This document shows, in pieces, positions 46,570 through 56,567 of a DNA stretch of 64,000 nucleotides. The translations under genes were made by a program, and so were the position numbers. This stretch comes from an uncultured Candidatus Saccharibacteria bacterium. GTDB lineage: Bacteria; Patescibacteriota; WWE3; UBA101185; UBA10185. The stretch covers positions 66,252-130,251 of the forward strand of contig CAYLMU010000001.1 of the NCBI GenBank assembly GCA_964385105.1, in the 5' to 3' direction. How positions within the stretch are numbered: the first letter of the stretch is position 1; every line of letters starts with the position of its first letter. The notes under the pieces were generated by a model. The model worked only from the letters and a program-made list of their open reading frames with translations. It was not told where the DNA came from and did not search any database.

Positions 46570-47657
46570 CAACACACAAAACCCGATTAGCAATAAATGG
46601 TTTCGGAAGAATCGGAAGATCTTCATTTAAGATAGCTTTTGAAAGAGATGATTGTGAAATTACAGCTATAAATGACCTTGCAAATCCGAGAGTTCTGGCG
46701 CATTTATTAAAATATGATACGGTTTATGGTACATACCCCCACGACGTGGCTGTTATTGAAGATGGCAAGAAAATAGAAATAAGTGCCTTTAGGGGAGAAA
46801 AGGATTTTTTTACAAAAACAGGCAAAGAAAACTATATTTTAATTGATAATACTTACAAAATCCGCGTACTTTCCGAAAAAGAGCCACAAAAGTTACCATG
46901 GAAAGAAAATGACATTGATGTTGTTCTTGAATGTACCGGAAGATTTGTAGAAAACGATGCAGCTGTAGCACACGTGGATGCGGGTGCAAAAAAAGTTGTA
47001 GTTTCGGCGCCGACTAAAGGTGGAGAAACAAAAACATACTTGCTTGGCGTAAATCACGACAAATATGCAGACGAAAAAGTTATATCTAATGCTTCATGTA
47101 CAACAAATTGTATATCTCCTGTAGTTTCAGTTATTCATAATAGATTTAAAATAATAAAATCAGCGCTAACCACAATTCATGCTGTAACGGCAGGTCAAAA
47201 TTTAGTTGACGGTGCGCCAAATCCGCAAAAACCAGATCTTAGACGAGCCCGAGCAGGTGCATGGAATATGGTTCCAACTACAACGGGAGCTACTAAAGCT
47301 ACAACACAAGCAATTCCTGAGCTTGAAGGAAAATTTGACGGTTTGGCAATACGCGTTCCAATAATGACCGGGTCGGTATCTGACCTCACATTTTTAGTCG
47401 AAAAAAAGACGACCAAAGAAGAAGTAAATGCAGCATTTGAAGACGCAGCAGCTAACCCTTTTTATAAAGATGTTTTGGCAGCAACTTATGAGCCAATTGT
47501 TTCGTCGGATATTATAGGAAGCCCCTATTCATGTATTGTTGATTTAAATATGACAAGTGTTATTGACGGAGATTTTGTTAAGGTGTTAGCATGGTATGAT
47601 AATGAATGGGGTTATAGTAATAGACTGGTAGAAATGGCACTTTTGGCCTCACAATAA
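46566..47657 (+). CDS. gap: Glyceraldehyde-3-phosphate dehydrogenase type I
   Basis: AINGFGRIGR, SNASCTTNC, PTTTGA, WYDNEWGYS; carries an insertion of about 20 aa in the NAD-binding domain. Confidence 0.97.
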   Translation: MTTHKTRLAINGFGRIGRSSFKIAFERDDCEITAINDLANPRVLAHLLKYDTVYGTYPHDVAVIEDGKKIEISAFRGEKDFFTKTGKENYILIDNTYKIRVLSEKEPQKLPWKENDIDVVLECTGRFVENDAAVAHVDAGAKKVVVSAPTKGGETKTYLLGVNHDKYADEKVISNASCTTNCISPVVSVIHNRFKIIKSALTTIHAVTAGQNLVDGAPNPQKPDLRRARAGAWNMVPTTTGATKATTQAIPELEGKFDGLAIRVPIMTGSVSDLTFLVEKKTTKEEVNAAFEDAAANPFYKDVLAATYEPIVSSDIIGSPYSCIVDLNMTSVIDGDFVKVLAWYDNEWGYSNRLVEMALLASQ

Positions 47658-47703
47658 GTTTCAAACTAAATTTTAAAAGTAGTAAATTGTTTAGGAGAAT
47701 TTC

Positions 47704-48075
47704 ATGTTAGATGAAACAATAAAGAAGCGATTAAAAATAATTCAGGACTTGCAGGATGAGCTGGCTGCATTACAGGAACAGTACCAGGATGCACTTGAAA
47801 GTGATATGGCATATGTAAAAAACCAGGAAAGACTTGAAGAACTTAAAGAAGAAGCTAAAGAAAAAAGAGAAGCAATACAACAAAAAGTTACACAAAATTC
47901 AAGTTATAGTGCACTAAAAGAAGAAATAAACGAAAAAAAGCAGGATATTAAAGAAAATAAAGAAGTATTGTCTCAGGAATTAGTAGCTTACTACAAAGAA
48001 ACGGGAATTTCTGAAGTAGAAGATTCAGACGGTAATTTGAAAAAAATGAAATTTTCAGTGAAATTGGTGAGTTAA
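47704..48075 (+). CDS. Coiled-coil hypothetical protein
   Basis: AGGAG SD, charged heptad pattern, short C-terminal beta hairpin. Confidence 0.7.
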   Translation: MLDETIKKRLKIIQDLQDELAALQEQYQDALESDMAYVKNQERLEELKEEAKEKREAIQQKVTQNSSYSALKEEINEKKQDIKENKEVLSQELVAYYKETGISEVEDSDGNLKKMKFSVKLVS

Positions 48076-49493
48076 CGCCTCATATATATTTCATAATCGC
48101 CAAAGTCTTCTTGTGCTTCTATTTTAACAAACTCTTCCGTCATAACATTTGGGTCTGCCGAAACATAAAAGGCGTTTTGTGGACTATTCGGTAATACAGG
48201 CTCATCAATTAATGGCCACCAAACAAAAGTTTCCATAGGATTTTGAGGATCTTGGAGTTTTACATTTTTGTTATGAATTCCAAAATAATGCTTAGCTACA
48301 ACATAATCTAAAGGTGATACAAACACTATTTCAGAAGGTTCGCTTCCAAACTCTTTTGCTAGTGATTTCATTCCGGTGTAATAAGGATGGGGTACCAGAT
48401 TTAATATTAAAACCACATACAGACCTATAATTATAGCCGATATTTCAAAACTAAAGAGTTTTTTTAATAGCATCCCAGCTGTTAACATGAAAAATATTGC
48501 CGCCGGAAATAAATACCGTTCTACATACAAACTTTCGCCCTTGAATAACCCATAAAATATTAGCAACCCTTGAGGCACTAAAAATGAAATGACAAGATAT
48601 ACCAGTTTTATAAAGGTTTCACGGTCGGACTTATATGTATTGTATGCAGTGTAAATTAAACCAATGCCAAAGGCTACAACTAGAATACCGCCCCACACAT
48701 ACTCATTAAAAATAAAATCTATATCATTAAGTGCATCTGCTCCGGGAAGCCTGACTTTAATTCCGAAAAGATAGGCAATTAAGCTTCTGGGAATATTTAT
48801 AATACTACTTGGACGCATCCAGCCGCTATTAAGGCCTACTTCAGATTGTTGTACCATTTCTTTTAACTGGTAAACAATTAAAACAATGAGTGGAATAAAC
48901 CATACAAAATCCCTTTTTACTTTCTTTAAGTTATTTTTATTAATAAGTGTATAAACAAGTAAAAAAGCCCCGATAAAGCCAATTGACATATAATGTGTAA
49001 AAAGCATTACAACCATTCCCAGCACAAACGCGATTGTTTTATGTTTAATCAAAAAATAAAAGGTAAGAATGGTAACAAATCCAAATAGACTGTAGGCTCT
49101 GGCTTCAATGGAATATCCGGTAAAAAACGGGCTTATAGCTATTAAAATAGCAGAAAGTAGCCCACTTTCTTTGTTAAACAAGGTTTTGCCCACCAAGTAA
49201 GCTACATAAATAGTGCCTATGCCGGTAAGAGTGGGAAGTAATCTTAAGGCAAAGTCGTCACTTCCAAAGAGCATTGTCCAGACTCGTGAAAGATAATAAT
49301 ATAACGGCGGAGTTGCATCTTTAGCTACAACCTCAACAAATTCATTAAAAGGCAATTTCATTAGTACTCCGGTAAAAGCCTCGTCAAACCACAAATCGTC
49401 TCTAGCAATATCTTTTAATCTAAATCCGACTCCCACTGCAAGAATAATCAAAATATCAGCCTCTTTTTTTATAAGCGTTATAAGCTTTTGCAT
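48072..49493 (-). CDS. GT-C fold glycosyltransferase (ArnT/PMT, family 39-like)
   Basis: DLWFDEAFT, TPPLYY, LRL, YSIEARAYS, ERY; polytopic. Confidence 0.85.
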   Translation of the reverse strand: MQKLITLIKKEADILIILAVGVGFRLKDIARDDLWFDEAFTGVLMKLPFNEFVEVVAKDATPPLYYYLSRVWTMLFGSDDFALRLLPTLTGIGTIYVAYLVGKTLFNKESGLLSAILIAISPFFTGYSIEARAYSLFGFVTILTFYFLIKHKTIAFVLGMVVMLFTHYMSIGFIGAFLLVYTLINKNNLKKVKRDFVWFIPLIVLIVYQLKEMVQQSEVGLNSGWMRPSSIINIPRSLIAYLFGIKVRLPGADALNDIDFIFNEYVWGGILVVAFGIGLIYTAYNTYKSDRETFIKLVYLVISFLVPQGLLIFYGLFKGESLYVERYLFPAAIFFMLTAGMLLKKLFSFEISAIIIGLYVVLILNLVPHPYYTGMKSLAKEFGSEPSEIVFVSPLDYVVAKHYFGIHNKNVKLQDPQNPMETFVWWPLIDEPVLPNSPQNAFYVSADPNVMTEEFVKIEAQEDFGDYEIYMRR

Positions 49494-49526
49494 AATAATA
49501 GTTTATCAGATATACTGTGCCCTGTT

Positions 49527-49613
49527 ATGCCAAAAACAATGCAGAAGCGTTTTGCTACAAAGCGCAGGACAAAAAGGGGAAACCTTAAGAAAAGAAAAAG
49601 AGTAACTACATAA
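49527..49613 (+). CDS. Unannotated 28-aa highly basic small protein
   Basis: MPKTMQKRFATKRRTKRGNLKKRKRVTT*: 13 of 28 residues K/R, none acidic. TATACT at 49511-49516. It fills the gap between two minus-strand genes. Confidence 0.6.
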   Translation: MPKTMQKRFATKRRTKRGNLKKRKRVTT

Positions 49614-49625
49614 TGTGTGGTGCTT

Positions 49626-50336
49626 TTAGTTACCTCCAAACCTTCTATTTCTATTTTTATACTCTTCAATAGCTTGTTCAAGTTCATTAGGCCCGAAGTC
49701 GGGAAAATAAATTTCAGGGAAATAATATTCTGCGTATGTGCTTTGCCAAGGCATAAATCCGCTTAATCTTTGCTCACCCGATGTTCTAATTATAAAGTCC
49801 GGGTCGGGGATACCCGCTGTGTCTAAATTGTTTGTTATATTTTCTTCAGTGATTTCAAGGTTTTGTTCTTTGAGCTTTTGCATCATTCTTATAAGTTCAT
49901 TTTGACCGCCATAGTCCAGACCGATTATTGTTGTGAATTCAGTGAAATCTTTAGTATCTTCTTCCATAGTTCTTAAAATTTCAAGAATATCTTCGGGAAG
50001 TCGGTCTTTACGCCCGATGTGCAAAAACCTATAACCTTTCTTTAATGCATAATCATGTTGTTTTTTAAAAAAATCTTTTAGTAAACCAAACAAAAAATTG
50101 TTTTCTTCAGCCGGTCTACTTAACCAGTTTTCTGTAGAAAGTGCCCAACCTGTGAGGTATTTAATACCCATCTCGTGAGCCTTTTCAATTAAAGACTCAG
50201 TGTTTTCCACACCACGCTTATGCCCCATTGAAGCGGGTAAGTTTTTTGATTTTGCCCATCTCCTATTGCCGTCAGGAATTATGCAAATATGAGTGGGAAC
50301 AGTTGTTGTATTATTTTCGATGGGTTTAGAAGGCAT
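49626..50336 (-). CDS. uppS: Undecaprenyl diphosphate synthase (cis-prenyltransferase)
   Basis: HICIIPDGNRRWA, STENW, YGG, DPDFIIRTSGEQRLSGF, RRFGG. Confidence 0.96.
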   Translation of the reverse strand: MPSKPIENNTTTVPTHICIIPDGNRRWAKSKNLPASMGHKRGVENTESLIEKAHEMGIKYLTGWALSTENWLSRPAEENNFLFGLLKDFFKKQHDYALKKGYRFLHIGRKDRLPEDILEILRTMEEDTKDFTEFTTIIGLDYGGQNELIRMMQKLKEQNLEITEENITNNLDTAGIPDPDFIIRTSGEQRLSGFMPWQSTYAEYYFPEIYFPDFGPNELEQAIEEYKNRNRRFGGN

Positions 50337-50393
50337 ACTTTAGCTTGACCATTATACCAAATTTAACTTTAATAATGCTATTATATGCTTTAT

Positions 50394-51503
50394 ATGTCAT
50401 TGTTGTCATCCGTAAGTGCAAAAAAAGCTAAAACTACTCTTAAAGAGTTTCAAGTCAAATTACAACCTGTAATAGATAGATACTTTGATGAGCATATAAG
50501 TAGTTTTACTTCAAATTATGGCAGTCATTCCGTAGACGCGGTCCATATTTTAAAAGAATTTATGACGCGTGGCGCCAAAAGGTTGAGGGGTTCATTTGTT
50601 TATCACACATACAAAATGTGTGACGGAGAAGACGAAGCATCTGTATTGCAAGTTGCATTGGCAGTAGAGCTTATTCATGCTTATTTGCTGATTGAAGATG
50701 ATTTTATGGACTTGTCACAATTACGCAGAGGAGACTTAACCGCTCACGAAATTTTCACTAAACAATACATAGACCAAAAATTTAACCGCCAGGATGCTAA
50801 GCACTTTGGAGATTCTATTGCAGTAACAACCGGCCTGGTGGGTTCGCATATGGCAATGCAGATTATTCTTGAATTAAATGTTTCTGATTCATTAAAAGTG
50901 AAATTACTAAATAATTTAAACAAAAAAATTGAGATAACAGGTTATGGCCAAATTGCCGATGTTTATAATTCCGTAAAAGCTGGGGTAAGCGAAGAAGAAG
51001 TACTTAACATGCTTAATTGGAAGACAGGAGTTTATACATACGAAAATCCTTTGCATTTGGGAGCAATTTTGGCAGGCGCTTCAGATGCTGAGCTTGAACA
51101 CTTAACCAGGTTTGCGATTCCTGCAGGTATAGCCTTTCAAATACAAGATGATATTTTAGGAATCTTTGGTGATGTTAACGAAATGGGTAAATCTAACATG
51201 GACGACATTAAAGAAGGTAAATATACTTTATTAATTCATAAAGCATTAGAAAGGGGCAATAGTGAAGAAAAAGAATTTATTTTAAATGTTCTTGGAAAAA
51301 GAGATTTGACAATTGAAGAACACGCTAAAGTACAGCAAATTATAGTTAATACAGGCTCACTCGAGTATACAAGAAATCTGGCCAAAAAATATGTTTATGA
51401 GGCGAAAGAGGCGCTGTTAAGAAACAAAAATGAAAAATGGATTGATGAGAATTTTAATTATCTTATTGGGATAGCCGATTACATGATAGAGCGTTCGGTT
51501 TAA
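50394..51503 (+). CDS. Polyprenyl (FPP/GGPP) synthase
   Basis: KRLR, LIEDDFMD..LRRG, GQ..D, WKT, FQIQDDILG, DDIKEGK; divergent from uppS. Confidence 0.92.
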   Translation: MSLLSSVSAKKAKTTLKEFQVKLQPVIDRYFDEHISSFTSNYGSHSVDAVHILKEFMTRGAKRLRGSFVYHTYKMCDGEDEASVLQVALAVELIHAYLLIEDDFMDLSQLRRGDLTAHEIFTKQYIDQKFNRQDAKHFGDSIAVTTGLVGSHMAMQIILELNVSDSLKVKLLNNLNKKIEITGYGQIADVYNSVKAGVSEEEVLNMLNWKTGVYTYENPLHLGAILAGASDAELEHLTRFAIPAGIAFQIQDDILGIFGDVNEMGKSNMDDIKEGKYTLLIHKALERGNSEEKEFILNVLGKRDLTIEEHAKVQQIIVNTGSLEYTRNLAKKYVYEAKEALLRNKNEKWIDENFNYLIGIADYMIERSV

Positions 51504-51506
51504 AAC

Positions 51507-52136
51507 ATGGATTACCAAGAATTTATTGAAATTATTAAAAAATATAAGCAAAATATAGTTCTTGCCGGTTTATTGGGCGGGTTGCTTGGAGGTATTAGTT
51601 TTTTTGTACTTCCACCTAGATACAATGCAGTAGGTTCTTTATTTGTAACCCGATCAGTTGAAAGCATTGGAAGTGCAGATGACGGAAATGTATTTTTATA
51701 TGAAGGTTTTTATGCATCACAAAATTCACAAGCTTATACAACGAGCCTAATTGGAATTCTTCAAAGCCGGGATTTGCATAGCTTGGTACTAAAGGATCTT
51801 AATTTAGAAATCACAAACAAAAACCTGAGTACAATAAAAAGGTCAATAAGAGTTTCAAAACAGGCACCACAAGTAATAAGACTGCAAACTAAGGGTAATA
51901 CGCCGGTTTCAGCTGAAGGCCTATGGAATTCTTTAACCGGACATCTTGAGGACTTTAACGAAAAAGTAGGACGGGAAGGAGATCCCAATTTAAGCATTAT
52001 TCGGGTGGCCGAAAACCCGATTATTTCAGAAAGTTACAGAAATATTTATTTAAATTTTGCAATTGGTGCCGGTATAGGAGTACTATTTTTAACGTTTTGG
52101 TATGTTCTTAAGCATATACTCAGTATTAAAAAATAA
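51507..52136 (+). CDS. Wzz/YveK-like polysaccharide co-polymerase
   Basis: TM, PRY.A...LFV, periplasmic helix, C-terminal TM with Gly repeats. Confidence 0.7.
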   Translation: MDYQEFIEIIKKYKQNIVLAGLLGGLLGGISFFVLPPRYNAVGSLFVTRSVESIGSADDGNVFLYEGFYASQNSQAYTTSLIGILQSRDLHSLVLKDLNLEITNKNLSTIKRSIRVSKQAPQVIRLQTKGNTPVSAEGLWNSLTGHLEDFNEKVGREGDPNLSIIRVAENPIISESYRNIYLNFAIGAGIGVLFLTFWYVLKHILSIKK

Positions 52137-53559
52137 ACTTAGTTTATATTTGTTCTTGTTAGGTGTTTTTGTGTTGTTTGCACCACCTGTAGATCACGAT
52201 TTTGGATGGCACTTTAAATACGGAGAATACTTTTTAACGCAAGGCCACTTATTACGGGAAAACATATTTTCATATACACTGCCTGATTATGAGTGGGCCA
52301 ATTCTTATTGGCTTTCACAAATAATTATGGCTTTTCCTGTAGTGCTGTTTGGAGATGAATGGGGAACTGCTATTTTGAGTTTGGTATTCAGCATTACAGC
52401 ATCCTTATTTTATGTTTACTTAATAGACAAAACTGTTTCTAACAAGCCGGGTAAAGTAATAGGTCTGATTCTGACTTTTATATCCATTAGAATGTTCATT
52501 CTCACTGTTAGGCCATTATTTTTTAGTACTCTTTTGTTTTCATTGCTCATTTATATATTAACTTTTCAAAAAAAACATATTATGTATATTCCCGTTATAT
52601 TTATACTCTGGGTAAATCTACATGCTGACTGGATGCTTGGACTTTTTGTTCTGGCAGCTTATGCTTTTTATAATTTACTTGAAACTAAGCGTTTAGACTT
52701 TAAGATTATTTTAATCGGAATTTTTAGTGGCTTAGCTACGTTTATAAATGCATACGGCTGGAATTTGCACAAAACCTTACAAAACGAAAGAAGTGCATTG
52801 TCTTTTACCACGATTGCCGAATTTTTACCCGCCGATTTTGATACGTGGAACTTTAGTTTATATGTATGTATGATTGCTATAACTTTTATTTCAGCTCACA
52901 GGCTAATAAAAAGATTAGGCATTTGGTATTTTTTTGTCACGGTGTTTTTTATTGCCTTGTCTATACGATTTACTTATTTTTATCGTCATATGATGCTGAT
53001 GGGAGTTTTTCCAATATCATTATATTTTGGTGAATTTGCGGAGGATTTGTGGAAATTATTTAGACCACCTGAACAACTTAAAATTCTAAAAACACTCAAG
53101 CTGGTAGGTGGAGCTTTATTATTATTTTCGTTTATATTTTTTGCAAAAGAGCTTTATCTAACATTAGACAGTCGAAGATGGGCAGTAAAACACAAGTTCC
53201 CACACGACGCGGTTATGTATGTAAAACAAAATCCGCTCGAGGGAAAAATGTTTAATGATTACAATATAGGAGGATATTTAATATGGAAGCTACCGGAGTA
53301 CAAAACTTACATTGATGGAAGGATGCCGGCCTGGAGCCACAATGGCACGTTTCCCTATGGGGAATATAGTAATTTGTTTAAAGGTATAAAATCTGAAGTA
53401 ATAGAAGTTGATATGCTTTTGGGTTTTTTTGATGAGAAAGGTATAGCATGGGCTCTTATGTCACAAGAACGTACAGCTGTCACTGAAATGATGGTTAAAT
53501 CAGGTAAATGGGAAATAGTATACAAAGATGAAATTTCTGTAATTATCAAAAAACTTTAA
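52102..53559 (+). CDS. GT-C-like polytopic membrane protein
   Basis: DHDFGWHF.YGE, FSYT, WLSQ, RP, LWVNLH, IAEF.P, FNDYNIGGYLIW, IDGR. Confidence 0.7.
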   Translation: MFLSIYSVLKNKLSLYLFLLGVFVLFAPPVDHDFGWHFKYGEYFLTQGHLLRENIFSYTLPDYEWANSYWLSQIIMAFPVVLFGDEWGTAILSLVFSITASLFYVYLIDKTVSNKPGKVIGLILTFISIRMFILTVRPLFFSTLLFSLLIYILTFQKKHIMYIPVIFILWVNLHADWMLGLFVLAAYAFYNLLETKRLDFKIILIGIFSGLATFINAYGWNLHKTLQNERSALSFTTIAEFLPADFDTWNFSLYVCMIAITFISAHRLIKRLGIWYFFVTVFFIALSIRFTYFYRHMMLMGVFPISLYFGEFAEDLWKLFRPPEQLKILKTLKLVGGALLLFSFIFFAKELYLTLDSRRWAVKHKFPHDAVMYVKQNPLEGKMFNDYNIGGYLIWKLPEYKTYIDGRMPAWSHNGTFPYGEYSNLFKGIKSEVIEVDMLLGFFDEKGIAWALMSQERTAVTEMMVKSGKWEIVYKDEISVIIKKL

Positions 53560-53720
53560 AAAAGTTTTGAATTAGGCTAAATTCGCTTAAATAGTTTTGC
53601 ATACCCGAAGTTTTTATACTCACTTTTATCGATCTTTCGTGTGGACATGTGCAGGAGATTGTGGTTTCACCATTTTTAGGGCATGGAAGTATTTTATCAA
53701 CTGCTGTTATAATTGGTTCA

Positions 53721-54959
53721 ATGGACTTACATTTTAAGGATACTGCTCAAGTTCCAGACAAAGATTTTAAAATCTATAGTGGCATTTTAGCTGATTATGC
53801 TAAGCATTTAAAAAAAACATCAGAATTTTCTGAATATGTTTTTGACGAAAGTTCAATTAATTTACCTTTTGATGAAGACATCCTTAAGCTTGTTTTAAAT
53901 ACTAAACGTAAATATACAAACAAAAAACTCAAATATATTATTGATATAGGTATAGGGGGCTCAAATTTAGGTACCAAAGCAGTTTACGATGCTGTTTTTG
54001 GTTATTACGACATAGTAACACCCGGCAGACACCCGAAAATGCTTTTTGTTGATACAAATGATTCCAGGTACATAAAACAAATAAGCCGGTTTTTGACCAG
54101 CATTAAGTCAAAAGATGAGGTTTTGTTGAATATCGTAAGTAAATCAGGAACGACGCTTGAAACAATTGTAAACATGCAAGAAATTTTACGCAAAGCGCCC
54201 GCCCTAAAAGAAAGAACAATTATAACAACAGCATATGAATCTGATTTATGGCTCAATGCCAGAAAAGAAAATATAACTTGTCTTCCCATACCGCAAAAAG
54301 TAGGGGGGAGGTATTCGGTATTTTCACCTGTAGGTTTGTTTCCTTTAGCTTGTGCCGGGGTTAATATTATTGAGTTGTTAAAAGGTGCCATGAGCGTTGT
54401 TGGTGAAAATGTGTCGGTTTCAACAACAAAAAACATTGCCATGCAGTCTGCAGTGGTACAATACACAAACTATAAAAAAGGTCGCAGCACGCATGTTAAT
54501 TTCTTTTTTCATCCTGAGCTTGAGTCACTTGGTAAATGGTATAGTCAACTTCTTGCCGAAAGCATCGGAAAAGAAGGTGTGGGAATAACCCCGCTTGTAG
54601 CTTTGGGTTCAACAGATTTGCATTCTCTTGGACAATTGTTTATTGGAGGTCCGCGTGATAAATTTTTTACCTTTGTGTATTCAAAAGACAAAAGTGAAAA
54701 TATTGGTGTATTGCATGATTTTCCTTCGCCTGAACAAGCCTTAAGTGCAATACTTCAAGGAGTGAAGCAAGTATACAAAAAAGAAGAACTTCCGTTTATG
54801 GAAATAACTTTAGATGCGGTAAACGAACATGCGCTTGGAGCTTTTATGCAATATAAAATGATTGAAGTTATGTTTTTAGGTAAACTTTTTGGCGTAAATG
54901 CTTTTAATCAGCCTGACGTTGAGTTATACAAAAAAGAAACTAAAAAGATATTAATGTAA
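53721..54959 (+). CDS. pgi: Glucose-6-phosphate isomerase (probable start 53721)
   Basis: IGIGGSNLG, SKSGTTLET, VGGRYSV, QLLAESIGK, DLHSLGQ, FNQPDVE.YK; TGTTATAAT 7 nt upstream. Confidence 0.93.
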   Translation: MDLHFKDTAQVPDKDFKIYSGILADYAKHLKKTSEFSEYVFDESSINLPFDEDILKLVLNTKRKYTNKKLKYIIDIGIGGSNLGTKAVYDAVFGYYDIVTPGRHPKMLFVDTNDSRYIKQISRFLTSIKSKDEVLLNIVSKSGTTLETIVNMQEILRKAPALKERTIITTAYESDLWLNARKENITCLPIPQKVGGRYSVFSPVGLFPLACAGVNIIELLKGAMSVVGENVSVSTTKNIAMQSAVVQYTNYKKGRSTHVNFFFHPELESLGKWYSQLLAESIGKEGVGITPLVALGSTDLHSLGQLFIGGPRDKFFTFVYSKDKSENIGVLHDFPSPEQALSAILQGVKQVYKKEELPFMEITLDAVNEHALGAFMQYKMIEVMFLGKLFGVNAFNQPDVELYKKETKKILM

Positions 54960-54968
54960 AATCTAAAT

Positions 54969-56567
54969 GTGTACTTACTTATTACTACTTTATTAAAAAA
55001 GCACAAAATTCTTTTGTACTCACTAAGTTTAACCACTTTTTTAGGACTAATCTTGCGGTTATATCACATAAATTTTGGGCTCCCTCATAGCTTTCATGCC
55101 GATGAACCGGAATTTGCCGAATTGGCAATAAAATATACTTATAACCTTAAAAGCATAATGCGTACCAAAAGTTACTACGAGTTAATTCCTGTTTCTTATG
55201 TTTATGGAACTGTACCTACTTATATACTTACGGTTGTTACTATGGTTTTCAGCAAATCAGCAAATCTGTTAGGGATAGGATTTGATAAAACTATTTTATA
55301 TGTAGCTATGCGGGTTTTTCAAGCAATATTTACCATGCTTATACCAATTGCCACCACGGGAATTTATTTTTTGTTATTTTCTCATGAGAGAAGTTCAACT
55401 TCTCAAAAGAAGCTAGGGCTGCTATTCGCATTCTTTTTTGCTGCTCTAAACTGGAAGCTAATTGTTCTTGCTCATTATATAAATGCAGATATCTTTCTCA
55501 CCGTATTTTTGAGTTTGTCATACTTGTTTTTAATTTATTACTATTTTCAAGGGCCAAATAAAAAAATCACTATAGTATTGGGAGTATTATTAGGAATGGC
55601 TTTTGGCACTAAGGTCACAGCAATTTTGAGCCTACCCCTTTATTTACTCTTATATATCTCAAAAAAAGACTTTTACGGATTAGCAGTGCTTCTTTTTATA
55701 ATATTTGGAACTTTTGTTATAACAAATCCCTTTTCCTGGGCCTTCGCAAACGACTTTGCATTTAGAACAATTACCTTGTCTGTCAAAGAAAATGGTCTTG
55801 TTTTTGATTCTGTAGATTTTGGGTATTTTAAATATATTTACTCACTAAATTATCTTGTTACTCCTGCATTGTTTGTAGGGTTATTGTTGGGAGTTGTACT
55901 CATTTTTAAAAAAGGGTCTGATACAACATTGCATTTTGCAACTGTAGGAATAGTAGCTGCTTATTTATTATTTTATTCACTAAGTACACGACGTGTTGAT
56001 CGATGGTTATTGCCCATTCTTCCTCTTGTGTTTGTTTATGCGTCCTACGGAATTATTAGTTTGCAAAAATATTTGAATAAATATGTTTATTATGTAGCTT
56101 TGGTTGCAGTTGTGGTAATTTATTTATATTTTCCATACTTACTAATATGGCAGTTTAACCGGCATACACCAAAATCTGAAGCATATGTATGGGCACAAAA
56201 TAATTTACCTAAATTAAGCACAAAACTTGTGTTATCAAAAGAGGGGCTTGACCCAATGAATAAGTTAGACAGCGTTAAAGTAATGAATTTTGAGTCCTAT
56301 GAGTCTGAAGGAGCCCAATACTCTTTACCAGAAAACCCGCTTGTATATGATTACGTAATTATTTCTTCACGGCCTTTGAAATATGCCAAAAATGAAGAAA
56401 TTGCAAAAAAATACCCATTTTATCACCAGGCTTGGGTAAATTTTGAGAACACAATTAACAACCCCTCACAATTCATACTAATAAAGGAATTTTCGCTACC
56501 CAAGCCTGATTTAATAGAACTATCTGATGTTTTAATTTATGAGCGTATTACTCAAGATAGTCTCTGA
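54969..56567 (+). CDS. GT-C fold glycosyltransferase (PMT_2-like)
   Basis: INFGLP..FHADEP, AHY..AD, GTK, TNPF, RWLLP; polytopic with a soluble C-terminus. Confidence 0.8.
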   Translation: MYLLITTLLKKHKILLYSLSLTTFLGLILRLYHINFGLPHSFHADEPEFAELAIKYTYNLKSIMRTKSYYELIPVSYVYGTVPTYILTVVTMVFSKSANLLGIGFDKTILYVAMRVFQAIFTMLIPIATTGIYFLLFSHERSSTSQKKLGLLFAFFFAALNWKLIVLAHYINADIFLTVFLSLSYLFLIYYYFQGPNKKITIVLGVLLGMAFGTKVTAILSLPLYLLLYISKKDFYGLAVLLFIIFGTFVITNPFSWAFANDFAFRTITLSVKENGLVFDSVDFGYFKYIYSLNYLVTPALFVGLLLGVVLIFKKGSDTTLHFATVGIVAAYLLFYSLSTRRVDRWLLPILPLVFVYASYGIISLQKYLNKYVYYVALVAVVVIYLYFPYLLIWQFNRHTPKSEAYVWAQNNLPKLSTKLVLSKEGLDPMNKLDSVKVMNFESYESEGAQYSLPENPLVYDYVIISSRPLKYAKNEEIAKKYPFYHQAWVNFENTINNPSQFILIKEFSLPKPDLIELSDVLIYERITQDSL

